This document shows, one piece after another, positions 55,185-63,622 of a stretch of DNA of 64,000 bases. Below the pieces are notes generated by a model. That model was given only the letters and a program-made list of their open reading frames with translations. It was not told where the DNA came from and made no database searches. The DNA comes from a virus. The first letter of the stretch is position 1. Every line of letters begins with the position of its first letter. A program made the position numbers and the translations under genes. Where the stretch lies: IMG/VR virus record IMGVR_UViG_3300045988_073070, one strand, 5' to 3'.

Positions 55185-55202
55185 ATCGTAAATCAAATTG
55201 TA
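55185..55202 (+). repeat. 18-nt leader motif ATCGTAAATCAAATTGTA (identical second copy at 62115-62132)
   Basis: Exact 18-mer ending 1 nt before ATG 55204. The second copy ends inside ATG 62132. Related ATCGTAAA and AATTGTAAA half-motifs precede other start codons. Confidence 0.8.
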
Positions 55203-55203
55203 A

Positions 55204-55854
55204 ATGACGATGGAGAAAAAACAAAAAATTTCAGAAACTTTGTACCATAGATACGAGTATCTTGCAAAGAAATATGCAAGCCGTATTTATTCATACGAAC
55301 AATTATCATACGAGTTCGATGATTTGGTGCAGGAGTTCCGAATAAAGATATTCACGTCAATAAAGAGCTACGGAAAGCGTTGGTTAAAATATCGGAAAGA
55401 AGGTTATGCGAAACCTGTGCCCTTGAAATATTATCTTGAAGCTGCTTGTGCTAATAAAATGAGAGACTTCATGAAATATATAACAAGGGAAAATTACAAA
55501 GTAAGGATTGACGAAATCAATTATGACTTTGGGGTGGAAATGGATTCCGAGATTATTCCAGAGCTTAACAAGTTCGTCATTAACGGAATAGATTTATTGG
55601 AAGGATTAACGGGAAAGGAGAGAGCAATATTCAGTTTGTATCTCCGTGGGCATAGCTCAAAAATTCTTACCAAAGTTTATTTTAACAACGCCAAAGAGAA
55701 GGCAAAACGAAAAGAAATTTTGGACAGTGGTGACGAGCCGTTTGGAGTAGCAGATATAATAGAAATGCAATGTAACTTCTTAATCAAAAAGTATGGTAGT
55801 GAATTGCAGCAACTCCGTAGGACTTTCGCAACTTACAACTTTGATGAAGAGTAA
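55204..55854 (+). CDS. Phage-encoded sigma-70 family (ECF-like) sigma factor
   Basis: Region-2-like FDDLVQEFRIKIFTSIKSY and region-4 HTH-like LTGKERAIFSLYLRGHSSKILTKVY. Size of 216 aa fits the family. Confidence 0.5.
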   Translation: MTMEKKQKISETLYHRYEYLAKKYASRIYSYEQLSYEFDDLVQEFRIKIFTSIKSYGKRWLKYRKEGYAKPVPLKYYLEAACANKMRDFMKYITRENYKVRIDEINYDFGVEMDSEIIPELNKFVINGIDLLEGLTGKERAIFSLYLRGHSSKILTKVYFNNAKEKAKRKEILDSGDEPFGVADIIEMQCNFLIKKYGSELQQLRRTFATYNFDEE

Positions 55855-55899
55855 CAAATAATTAGACAATTTTTAATAAACAATTAAATCGTAAAAAAG

Positions 55900-57243
55900 A
55901 TGGCAACTAAATTGACCGCCAATGTGGCAAAGAGAGTTAAAGCATTAGGAATTAATGCAACAACTGACGAGGCAGCACGCCCAAAACTTCTGGAAATTCT
56001 GGAAGAGAATGGAATTGAGCAGATGGACGATGAGGACATCACAACTCTGGTAGAAATCGCAGAATCTTTCGTGGACGCAGATGCGGACGGGGATGATGAA
56101 GGAGACGAAGAAGCGGAAAACGATGCTTTGGCTGAAGAAGTTGAAGAGGAAGAAAAACCGAAAAAGGGAGCAAAGAAAGCTACCAAGAAAGCCGAGCCTG
56201 AACCCGAAGAAGAAGATGAGGACGAGGAAGAAGAAAGCGATGATGAGGAAGAATCTGACGAGGATTCCGAAGAAGGCGATGAGCTTGACGACATGGACAG
56301 AGGTGAGTTGAAAGACTACATCAAAGAAAACGAATTGGAAATCACCGTGAAGAAATCTTGGAGTGATGACGACATTCGTGAAAAAATCCGTGAAGCTATG
56401 GGCGATGAAGAGGATGAGGAAGAAGATGAAGCACCTGCTCCGAAAAAGAACGCCAAAACTGCGGCTGCTCCGAAAAAAGAGGAAAAGAAAGCCGACAAAA
56501 AAGAAGCTCCGAAGGCTTCAGCCAAAAAGGAAGACAAACCGAAGGCTGACAAAAAAGCTACTGCGAAACGTGGTAACAAACTTGACCCGAAGAACAACGA
56601 AGAAGACAGAAAACATTTTGACTTCTTGAAGAAGTTGTTCCCTGAAAAAGATTACATCTATGCTTGGGTTGCAAGTGCTGGCGTAACAATCAAGTACAAA
56701 GGCAAAAACAGCAACCGTTCTCTTATCAGCCTTGAAAATTGTACGCTCAAGGGAGAAGGAAAGAATGCGGTTATGACTTGCAACCTGTACCTGCTTATCT
56801 TCAACGGCAAATACGAAGCGTTGGAAAAAGCCGAAGTGGAATATGAAAAATGTTGGAGTGGTGCTCCGATGTTGAAAGCTATCGAAGTAAGCGAAGCCGT
56901 TGAGGTCATTGAATCTCTGAAAGACGAAATGGACAAGATGGTAGGCGGTATCGACAAGAAGTTGGGAGACAACCGCAAGAAAATGGAAGAAGGTTTGAAG
57001 AAGGACAAGAAAGCTGCCGGCAAAGCATCATCCAAGAAGGCTTCTGACGATGAAGAGGAAGAAGATGAGGACGAGGAAGAACAGCCGAAAGCAAAAGCGA
57101 AACCTGCCGCAAAGAAGGCTTCCAAAAAGGTAGAAGTGGAAGAGGACGAAGAAGATGAGGATGACGAGGAAGAAGCACCCGCACCGAAAAAGAAAGCGAC
57201 CTCAAAGACCGCTACCAAGAAAACGGTAAACAAAAAGAAATAA
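55900..57243 (+). CDS. Hyper-charged protein with D/E tracts, histone-H1-like K/A/P tracts and a central globular domain
   Basis: 447 aa. Acidic runs (EEEDEDEEEESDDEEESDEDSEEGDE), lysine-rich runs (AAPKKEEKKADKKEAPKASAKKEDKPKADKKATAKRG, and the C-terminal KKKATSKTATKKTVNKKK), and a non-repetitive core at roughly aa 225-340. Confidence 0.6.
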   Translation: MATKLTANVAKRVKALGINATTDEAARPKLLEILEENGIEQMDDEDITTLVEIAESFVDADADGDDEGDEEAENDALAEEVEEEEKPKKGAKKATKKAEPEPEEEDEDEEEESDDEEESDEDSEEGDELDDMDRGELKDYIKENELEITVKKSWSDDDIREKIREAMGDEEDEEEDEAPAPKKNAKTAAAPKKEEKKADKKEAPKASAKKEDKPKADKKATAKRGNKLDPKNNEEDRKHFDFLKKLFPEKDYIYAWVASAGVTIKYKGKNSNRSLISLENCTLKGEGKNAVMTCNLYLLIFNGKYEALEKAEVEYEKCWSGAPMLKAIEVSEAVEVIESLKDEMDKMVGGIDKKLGDNRKKMEEGLKKDKKAAGKASSKKASDDEEEEDEDEEEQPKAKAKPAAKKASKKVEVEEDEEDEDDEEEAPAPKKKATSKTATKKTVNKKK

Positions 57244-57272
57244 GCCCAACCAGACTTATTGTAATTGGAAAG

Positions 57273-57306
57273 GGAGTAGCTTGTAAAAGTTGCTCCTTTT
57301 CTTTTC
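57273..57306 (+). terminator. Intrinsic terminator-like hairpin
   Basis: GGAGTAGCTT (57273-57282) pairs with AAGTTGCTCC (57287-57296, two G-U pairs). GTAA loop, then TTTTCTTTTC. Confidence 0.6.
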
Positions 57307-57385
57307 TCCCAGCGTTATCAACGTTATAAGATACGAACGAAAGAATAAAGAAATTAAGTCATTTTAACAAATAAATTAAGTTGAT

Positions 57386-58585
57386 ATGGAAATTCCGAAA
57401 AACAATTGCTTTTTTCCCGATTATGGAGTGGCGAAAGTAGAAACGTTTGGGATGTTGTACCCTGTAATTAATGATTACATCTTAACCAACAAACAAAAAG
57501 AAGAAAGCCGAGCAGGAGATGTAAAGGAACTGCTGGACGTCAAAACAATCATAACCAATCCTTATCAACGTTGCGTTGGCGGTTATGGTAGAGACATCAA
57601 TGTATTCTTTCTTCTTGCCGAAGCTATGTGGATAGCTGTTGGAAGAAAAGATGTAGAGTTTTTGGAAATATTCAATTCACGTATGAAGGACTTCAGTGAT
57701 GACGGAAAGACTTTCCACGCACCATACGGATTCCGATTGCGTCATTGGGGTATTCGTACCGAAGACAAATATGAAAGCGGAGTTAATGCCGCTCAAGGAT
57801 ATGACCAAGTAGCAGATGCAATACGGCTCTTGTCCGAGAATCATAACACACGTCAGGTAGTTATGGCAATATGGAATCCGAGTTTTGACTTGGGAGCGAA
57901 AAGCAAGGACATTCCTTGTAACGACCTTGTGATGTTGAAGATTCGTGATGGTAAGATGGTCACCACAATTCAGAATCGGAGTAATGACCTTCATTGGGGA
58001 TTGCCGACAAATATATTCCAATTCTCTTTCTTGACCGAGATTATGGCGACTTGTCTTGGTATCGAATTGGGAACACAAACACACAACTCTCAAAGTCTTC
58101 ATATTTATGATTGGAACGGTACGGCAAAGAAGATGCAAGAAATCTTCAAGGCTTCGGGAACGGGGCATTCACTTTATGAAGCTACGCCAGCCGAAGCGAA
58201 ACCGATGGACTTTGCTTTCAATCATGAGGTTGCAATTAACCGTCTCCGTGAAGTAGATTCACATTTGAATATCGTTATCGAAAATCTTCTCAGGATAAAG
58301 AATGGAGAAGATGAGATACAAGACGAAATTAAGCAGCTACAAGACTTTTCAACCTTCTTCTTTAATACTTACCAGCTCCTGAAAATATACGTGCTCTACA
58401 AGCATAAAAACAAGCTGGCTAAAACGGATATTGAAAAGGATGCTATTCGCAAAACAGCGATAGCCGAAATTGAACTGTTGGAAGCCGAAGGAGCAAAAGA
58501 TTGGGACATGGCAATACTTGCAAAGAACTTCTTTCACGCAAGGTTAAGTAAACCAATGAAGCATAAATATCTTGGGAAGCTATGA
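57386..58585 (+). CDS. Thymidylate synthase superfamily enzyme, probably a deoxypyrimidine-monophosphate hydroxymethylase
   Basis: TS-fold motifs FHAPYGFRLRHWG, NTRQVVMAIWNP, DIPCND (catalytic Cys) and NRSNDLHWGLPTNIFQF, then SLHIY. The sequence is divergent and carries a helical C-terminal extension of about 100 aa. Confidence 0.7.
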   Translation: MEIPKNNCFFPDYGVAKVETFGMLYPVINDYILTNKQKEESRAGDVKELLDVKTIITNPYQRCVGGYGRDINVFFLLAEAMWIAVGRKDVEFLEIFNSRMKDFSDDGKTFHAPYGFRLRHWGIRTEDKYESGVNAAQGYDQVADAIRLLSENHNTRQVVMAIWNPSFDLGAKSKDIPCNDLVMLKIRDGKMVTTIQNRSNDLHWGLPTNIFQFSFLTEIMATCLGIELGTQTHNSQSLHIYDWNGTAKKMQEIFKASGTGHSLYEATPAEAKPMDFAFNHEVAINRLREVDSHLNIVIENLLRIKNGEDEIQDEIKQLQDFSTFFFNTYQLLKIYVLYKHKNKLAKTDIEKDAIRKTAIAEIELLEAEGAKDWDMAILAKNFFHARLSKPMKHKYLGKL

Positions 58586-61500
58586 CCGAAAGTTTACAAA
58601 AATGGATTGAAGAAAATCATTTGGTAATATCAGAATCGTCTTTGAATGGTTCTGATATTATCTCTATTGAAGGCATGGGAACATTCTTATACCTTCACCC
58701 GTTTGACGGGAAAATAATTGACGAAGATTTTGGCTTTATATTATCCGATGAAGAATTTGATATGTTGGATGAGGCGAAAGTGAACTTCATTCTATTTGAG
58801 TTTGGTCAAAAATTCTATTATTCGGGAATAAAGAAAACCAAAAACCGCTACAACGAATTAATCTTCAAACCTCAATTCAATGACTTCAAATATCTTGGAG
58901 TAACAAGCGAGGAATTTATAATGGACTTTTCTCACTTGGGCGTTCATTCGGAGTACGAAATATTGAATGGCTCTGGCGGTTGTGAGGTATGGGCAAAGAA
59001 AGCTAAATTCACTGGCGTTAAGGCTCTTGGAATATGCGACCGAAATACTTTGGCTGGAGCTTTATCATTCCAGAGCTTTTGCGATAAGTATGGCGTGAAA
59101 TCGGTTATCGGAGAAACCATAACCGTTGCCAAGGACTATGATGCTGAAAAAGAGAATCAAGAAACCTTTGAACTGAAAGCCTACATATTGAACTACGAGG
59201 GGTGGAAAAACCTTTTGTTGATTAATAAGGCTATGAACGTAGATTACAACGGATTCATTCCAGACAATGAATTGTATAAGCGAGGAAAGGGATTGGCGTT
59301 GGTCATACCCAAAGAATCGGAGTTCAATTACATTAAGGATGAAAAGAAGGAAGTTATCAAGCTCATAGCAAAGTATAAGAAGCATTTTACAAGAGTTTAT
59401 TATCAGATAGACACCGTTGAGTACGTTTCGGATTCTTTATTCAAGAAGCACTTGGAAAACATTGATACATATATCTGCGAATATAAGAAATATGTCAAAC
59501 CAATTCTCATAAATGATTCCTACTATCTTGACCGTGAAATGCACGAGTTGAAAGGAGTTCTGAACAAGGTATTAGGAAAAGCAGCACCCGAAGCATTGAA
59601 CCAATATTTCAAGAGTTGTCGAGAAACGTTTGATGAATATGCCGATTGGCTTGACGAGGTTGAACCGTTATTCCAGACAATCATAGAAGGTATTGAAAAT
59701 GCCAACCGATTAGCAGACCGAGTTGACTTCAAGATTCCTTCGGGAGAAAGAAAGCTGCCTCACTTCGAGGTTGATGACCCAGTAGCACTGTTCTTCGATA
59801 TGTTGGAGAAAGGAGTTCAAGAACGTCTTTCACATCTTCCAAAGAAAGAGTTTGAAGTGTATATGAAACGCTTGGAAATCGAATGTAATGTAATTGTACC
59901 GAATGACTTGGTTGATTACTTTATGATTCTTTGGGATATAATCAATTGGTGTAAAAAGAATGGTATAATGGTAGGCACTGGACGTGGTTCGGTTTGCGGT
60001 AGTCTTGTCGCTTATTGTTTACACATTACAGATGTTGACCCATTGAAATACGGATTGATGTTTGAACGTTTCTTGAACGAAACACGTGTATCGGGAGAGC
60101 GAGCAAAGTCAGCCGATAGTATGCCCGATATTGATGTGGACTTTCCAACGGAACACCGAGATGCGGTGAAGAACTATATCAAGGATAAATATGGGTATGA
60201 TTACACTTGTTCTATCGGAACGTACACCCGAATGAAACTCAAGACTTGCTTGAAGGACTTCGCCAAAGTAAAGGGTTTGCCGTTCGATGTAATGAATAAA
60301 CTCACGAAGGATATTGACGACCAAATTGAATACACTTGGGGAGACTTAATTGAATACGCAAGTAAATCGAAAGCCTTGTTCAAGTTCGTTCAGGAGAATC
60401 CTGATATTGTTCATTTGACGAAATACGGCATGTTACAATGCAAGGCTGCTTCGGTTCACCCTTCTGCTGCGATTATAGTTCCAAAGCATACGGTTGATGG
60501 AACAAACCGAGAAATTGATATTTGGGAATGGATGCCCGTTAAGAAAATTGATGGCGTTCTTGTATCGGAGTGGGAAGGTAAATACATAGACAAGTCTGGA
60601 TTCTTGAAAGAAGATATTTTGGGACTTAATCAGCTTGATAAGTTCAAGAGTATGGAGATATTGATTCAGAAGAACTACGGGAAAAAGATTGATTGGAATC
60701 AGATTCCTTTGGACGATGAAGAAACATTCAAATATTTCAAGAGAGGTTGGAATGAGGATGTATTCCAATTTGGTACACAAGGCTTGATGAATTATAGCCG
60801 ACAAGTGAAACCTGATACTTTGGCGCAACTAATAGCCATGACGGCTCTATTCCGACCTGGCCCAATGGAGCTTAATGCACACTCAGATTTTGCCGATATT
60901 AAGAACGGAAAGAAGAAGCCAACATACGACTTCGGAATGGAAGAGATAACTGGGGAAACCTTTGGATTATACGTCTATCAAGAGCAAATCATGAAGGGTG
61001 TAGTTGTGGGCGGTTTAACCGAAGTTGAATCAGACATTCTCCGTACTACTATCAAAAAGAAAGACGTCAAGACACTATCATCATATGGCGAAAAATTCAA
61101 AGAAGGATATTCAAAATTATTGGAGAAAAACGGCATAGAGAATCCGAAGGAATATGCGGAGAAGGTATGGGCAAAATTGCTTGCTTTCTCTGGATATGGT
61201 TTCAATAAATCTCATGCTGCGGCTTATTCCATAATGTCCTATTGGAGCCAATATATGAAAGTTAATTATCCGTTGGAGTTTTGGACAACTTCTTTGCAAT
61301 ATGCCAAAGAGGGTGAAGTGCCATACCGATTAGCGGAGTTAAAGAAAACAGGCGTTGAAATCGAAATACGACCGCCAGATGTTAATTTCTCCGAGCAAAC
61401 ATTCACTTGTGACCCGAAAGAACAACGCATCTTCTTCAGTTTAACAAAGATTAAGGATGTTGGTGAAAAGGTAGTTCCATATATCATGGCTGAACGTGAG

Positions 61501-62121
61501 AAGGGTGGAAGATTCTTTTCATTGGAAGAGTTCGTTGAAAGAGTTCCGTCAAAGGTAAACAAGAAAATCATAGAGAGGTTAATTGTTGCGGGAGCTTTTG
61601 ATATTGTTGAAAATGTAAAAAATCCGAGAGATAGAAAGAAGTTGTTGCAATGGTATCTTGATTATAAGAAAGCCGAAATGCCGAAAGATTATCAAGTGCC
61701 CGAAAGTGAAACAAATTCATTTTGGGTATTCGAGCAAAAACGTTTGACGGGATTTGGTGAAGTAGATTATGAGACAATGATTCGGGATGCTATTCCAAAT
61801 AAAAGAGTGGCAAAGTTATACGTTAATGACTTTGAGTTCTCCAATACGAAGGAAGGCAAAGAAGCCACAATTGCAGGCAAGTTAATATACTACCAAGAAC
61901 GTAGCATCAAGAACGGAACAATGGTCAGCGTTAATATAGACTGTAACAATACTATCATACCCGTAACACTTTGGCCAGATGCGGTTGAGAGACTTCCTGA
62001 AAATATATCGGAGTATAAAAACCGAGTTGTGGCAATATCTGGACGGGTCAAGAAAGATAAGTTCAAAAACCAAAAAGTTCTCTATTCAGATGATAGAACA
62101 AAAATTTATATAATATCGTAA
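58582..62121 (+). CDS. dnaE: DNA polymerase III alpha subunit (DnaE-type)
   Basis: PHP motifs HLGVHSEYEILNG and GICDRNTLAG. Palm and fingers motifs GRGSVCGSLVAYCLHITDVDP, MPDIDVDF and FNKSHAAAYS. C-terminal OB-like region. A leader of about 110 aa precedes the PHP domain. Confidence 0.9.
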   Translation: MTESLQKWIEENHLVISESSLNGSDIISIEGMGTFLYLHPFDGKIIDEDFGFILSDEEFDMLDEAKVNFILFEFGQKFYYSGIKKTKNRYNELIFKPQFNDFKYLGVTSEEFIMDFSHLGVHSEYEILNGSGGCEVWAKKAKFTGVKALGICDRNTLAGALSFQSFCDKYGVKSVIGETITVAKDYDAEKENQETFELKAYILNYEGWKNLLLINKAMNVDYNGFIPDNELYKRGKGLALVIPKESEFNYIKDEKKEVIKLIAKYKKHFTRVYYQIDTVEYVSDSLFKKHLENIDTYICEYKKYVKPILINDSYYLDREMHELKGVLNKVLGKAAPEALNQYFKSCRETFDEYADWLDEVEPLFQTIIEGIENANRLADRVDFKIPSGERKLPHFEVDDPVALFFDMLEKGVQERLSHLPKKEFEVYMKRLEIECNVIVPNDLVDYFMILWDIINWCKKNGIMVGTGRGSVCGSLVAYCLHITDVDPLKYGLMFERFLNETRVSGERAKSADSMPDIDVDFPTEHRDAVKNYIKDKYGYDYTCSIGTYTRMKLKTCLKDFAKVKGLPFDVMNKLTKDIDDQIEYTWGDLIEYASKSKALFKFVQENPDIVHLTKYGMLQCKAASVHPSAAIIVPKHTVDGTNREIDIWEWMPVKKIDGVLVSEWEGKYIDKSGFLKEDILGLNQLDKFKSMEILIQKNYGKKIDWNQIPLDDEETFKYFKRGWNEDVFQFGTQGLMNYSRQVKPDTLAQLIAMTALFRPGPMELNAHSDFADIKNGKKKPTYDFGMEEITGETFGLYVYQEQIMKGVVVGGLTEVESDILRTTIKKKDVKTLSSYGEKFKEGYSKLLEKNGIENPKEYAEKVWAKLLAFSGYGFNKSHAAAYSIMSYWSQYMKVNYPLEFWTTSLQYAKEGEVPYRLAELKKTGVEIEIRPPDVNFSEQTFTCDPKEQRIFFSLTKIKDVGEKVVPYIMAEREKGGRFFSLEEFVERVPSKVNKKIIERLIVAGAFDIVENVKNPRDRKKLLQWYLDYKKAEMPKDYQVPESETNSFWVFEQKRLTGFGEVDYETMIRDAIPNKRVAKLYVNDFEFSNTKEGKEATIAGKLIYYQERSIKNGTMVSVNIDCNNTIIPVTLWPDAVERLPENISEYKNRVVAISGRVKKDKFKNQKVLYSDDRTKIYIIS

Positions 62122-62131
62122 ATCAAATTGT

Positions 62132-62773
62132 ATGTTAAGCAAAATTATTTTAGGCAAGTACCTGCAACGACTTGACAACATCAAGCAATGGCAGGAAATG
62201 GACGTTTTCAAGGAAGAAAGCGTGAGTCAACATTCGTATAAAGATTCAATTTTTGCGAGAGTATTATTGGAAGATATATTCGGCAACAATCAAAGTCCGA
62301 AGGTAGTTCAGTTCAAATTAGATGTAGTTACAAGAACACTTCTTCACGACTGGGATGAAGCCTTGATTCTACGAGACATGTCTCACGAGACCAAATACAA
62401 TCCTTACAACGGAGAGGAAATCAGAAGGTGCTTAAATGCCCTTTCCAATCATATTGCGTTGAATGAGTTCCGAGAGGTTGACGAGGATTCTTGCGACACG
62501 GATTCGTCACGTATGATGTGGGGAATGATTTGCGCTTGTCCAGAGCCAGTAAAGAGTTTTGCTAAACTATGTGATTGGATTGCGTTATTCTTTTATATGC
62601 AAAGGGAAAAGCATCTGGGCAATAAGGACTTGGAGAAATCTTGGAACATTGCGGCAAGTAAATTTCCCGAAGCGATTGACAATGTAATAAATGTGTTGAA
62701 GGGATATTTCCCGAACGAGAAATTGAACTTTGATGAATTGTATAACTTAAAAACAATTTTTGAAGATGAGTAA
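62132..62773 (+). CDS. HD-domain phosphohydrolase (YfbR-like 5'-deoxynucleotidase)
   Basis: VSQHSY ... LLHDWDEALI gives the H...HD...E metal-ligand pattern of the YfbR-type HD family. Confidence 0.55.
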   Translation: MLSKIILGKYLQRLDNIKQWQEMDVFKEESVSQHSYKDSIFARVLLEDIFGNNQSPKVVQFKLDVVTRTLLHDWDEALILRDMSHETKYNPYNGEEIRRCLNALSNHIALNEFREVDEDSCDTDSSRMMWGMICACPEPVKSFAKLCDWIALFFYMQREKHLGNKDLEKSWNIAASKFPEAIDNVINVLKGYFPNEKLNFDELYNLKTIFEDE

Positions 62774-63068
62774 ACAGGAACAGGGTAAAGAGATGACCAA
62801 AGAAAGTATCAATGGCATCTTTGATGGCATGACTGATACGTTGTTGAAGAAGAATGCCGACTACAAAGGAGCGAGTTTTGACTTGGGTTTGAACGGGAAT
62901 ATGGTTCATATTTGGGACAAAGTTAGAAGATACAGAAGTATGGTGGAGAATCAGAATCACGGAATCACGCCAAACTTTGAAGGTATCGAAGACACTTTGA
63001 AAGATATTATTGGCTATGCCGTTATTGGCTTGCATATCTTGAAAAAGGAAAACGAAGAAAAGGAGTAA
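62760..63068 (+). CDS. DUF1599 / nucleotide-modification-associated domain 1 (Nmad1)-like protein
   Basis: 102 aa. LLKKNADYKGASFDLGLNGNMVHIWDKVRRYRSM fits my recollection of the K-N-x-D-Y-G ... D-K-x-x-R pattern of DUF1599. The start overlaps the HD gene by 14 nt. Confidence 0.45.
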   Translation: MKMSKQEQGKEMTKESINGIFDGMTDTLLKKNADYKGASFDLGLNGNMVHIWDKVRRYRSMVENQNHGITPNFEGIEDTLKDIIGYAVIGLHILKKENEEKE

Positions 63069-63075
63069 CATCAAT

Positions 63076-63597
63076 ATGGAAAAGAAAGTAATTACCATTG
63101 GCGGTCAAACCTACGTGTTAAGGTTTGATGACTTTGACGAAGATGTTGATATTGATTCTTTGTTAAAGATAGACTATTCCAATTTAATCGGAGAGCTTAT
63201 CACCTTCCCAGTCATTGTAAACCGTTTTGGTCAATTGCTTGCGGAAGCCGAAAGTCAAGTTGCTCTTGCTAAATTAAATTTGGAAGTAACGGAAGCCAAA
63301 CTCAAAGAATCAATGCGAGTTAAATTGGCAGACCGTAACGGGAAAGCTCCGAGCGTTGACGCTGTAAATTCTGCTGTTACGTTGGAGAAGGCATATCAGG
63401 CAATGCGTAGGAATTTGATTGAGAGACAAAAGACAAGAGACTATATGAATTCAATCTTTTGGTCAGCCAAAGATAAGAGCGAAAAGTTGGATAAATTGTC
63501 TTTGACTATTCAGCCGAATGATTTGCCCGATTCGGTTATCGAAGGTAGAGTGAACAACGTTCTTATAAAGAGAACAAAGAAATTAATTGGAGATTAA
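63076..63597 (+). CDS. Hypothetical coiled-coil protein
   Basis: ORF of 173 aa. Confidence 0.5.
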   Translation: MEKKVITIGGQTYVLRFDDFDEDVDIDSLLKIDYSNLIGELITFPVIVNRFGQLLAEAESQVALAKLNLEVTEAKLKESMRVKLADRNGKAPSVDAVNSAVTLEKAYQAMRRNLIERQKTRDYMNSIFWSAKDKSEKLDKLSLTIQPNDLPDSVIEGRVNNVLIKRTKKLIGD

Positions 63598-63622
63598 AAT
63601 AATTTTACAAATTCAAAAGATT

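Noticed and set aside
55884-57233. Long minus-strand Ser-rich ORFs (55884-56294, 56316-56597, 56658-57233) and + strand alternate-frame Lys/Arg-rich ORFs (56081-56311, 56363-56629)
   Set aside because: They are mirror or alternate-frame readings of the GAA/GAT/AAG-rich low-complexity coding sequence of the 447-aa charged protein. They have no independent start context.
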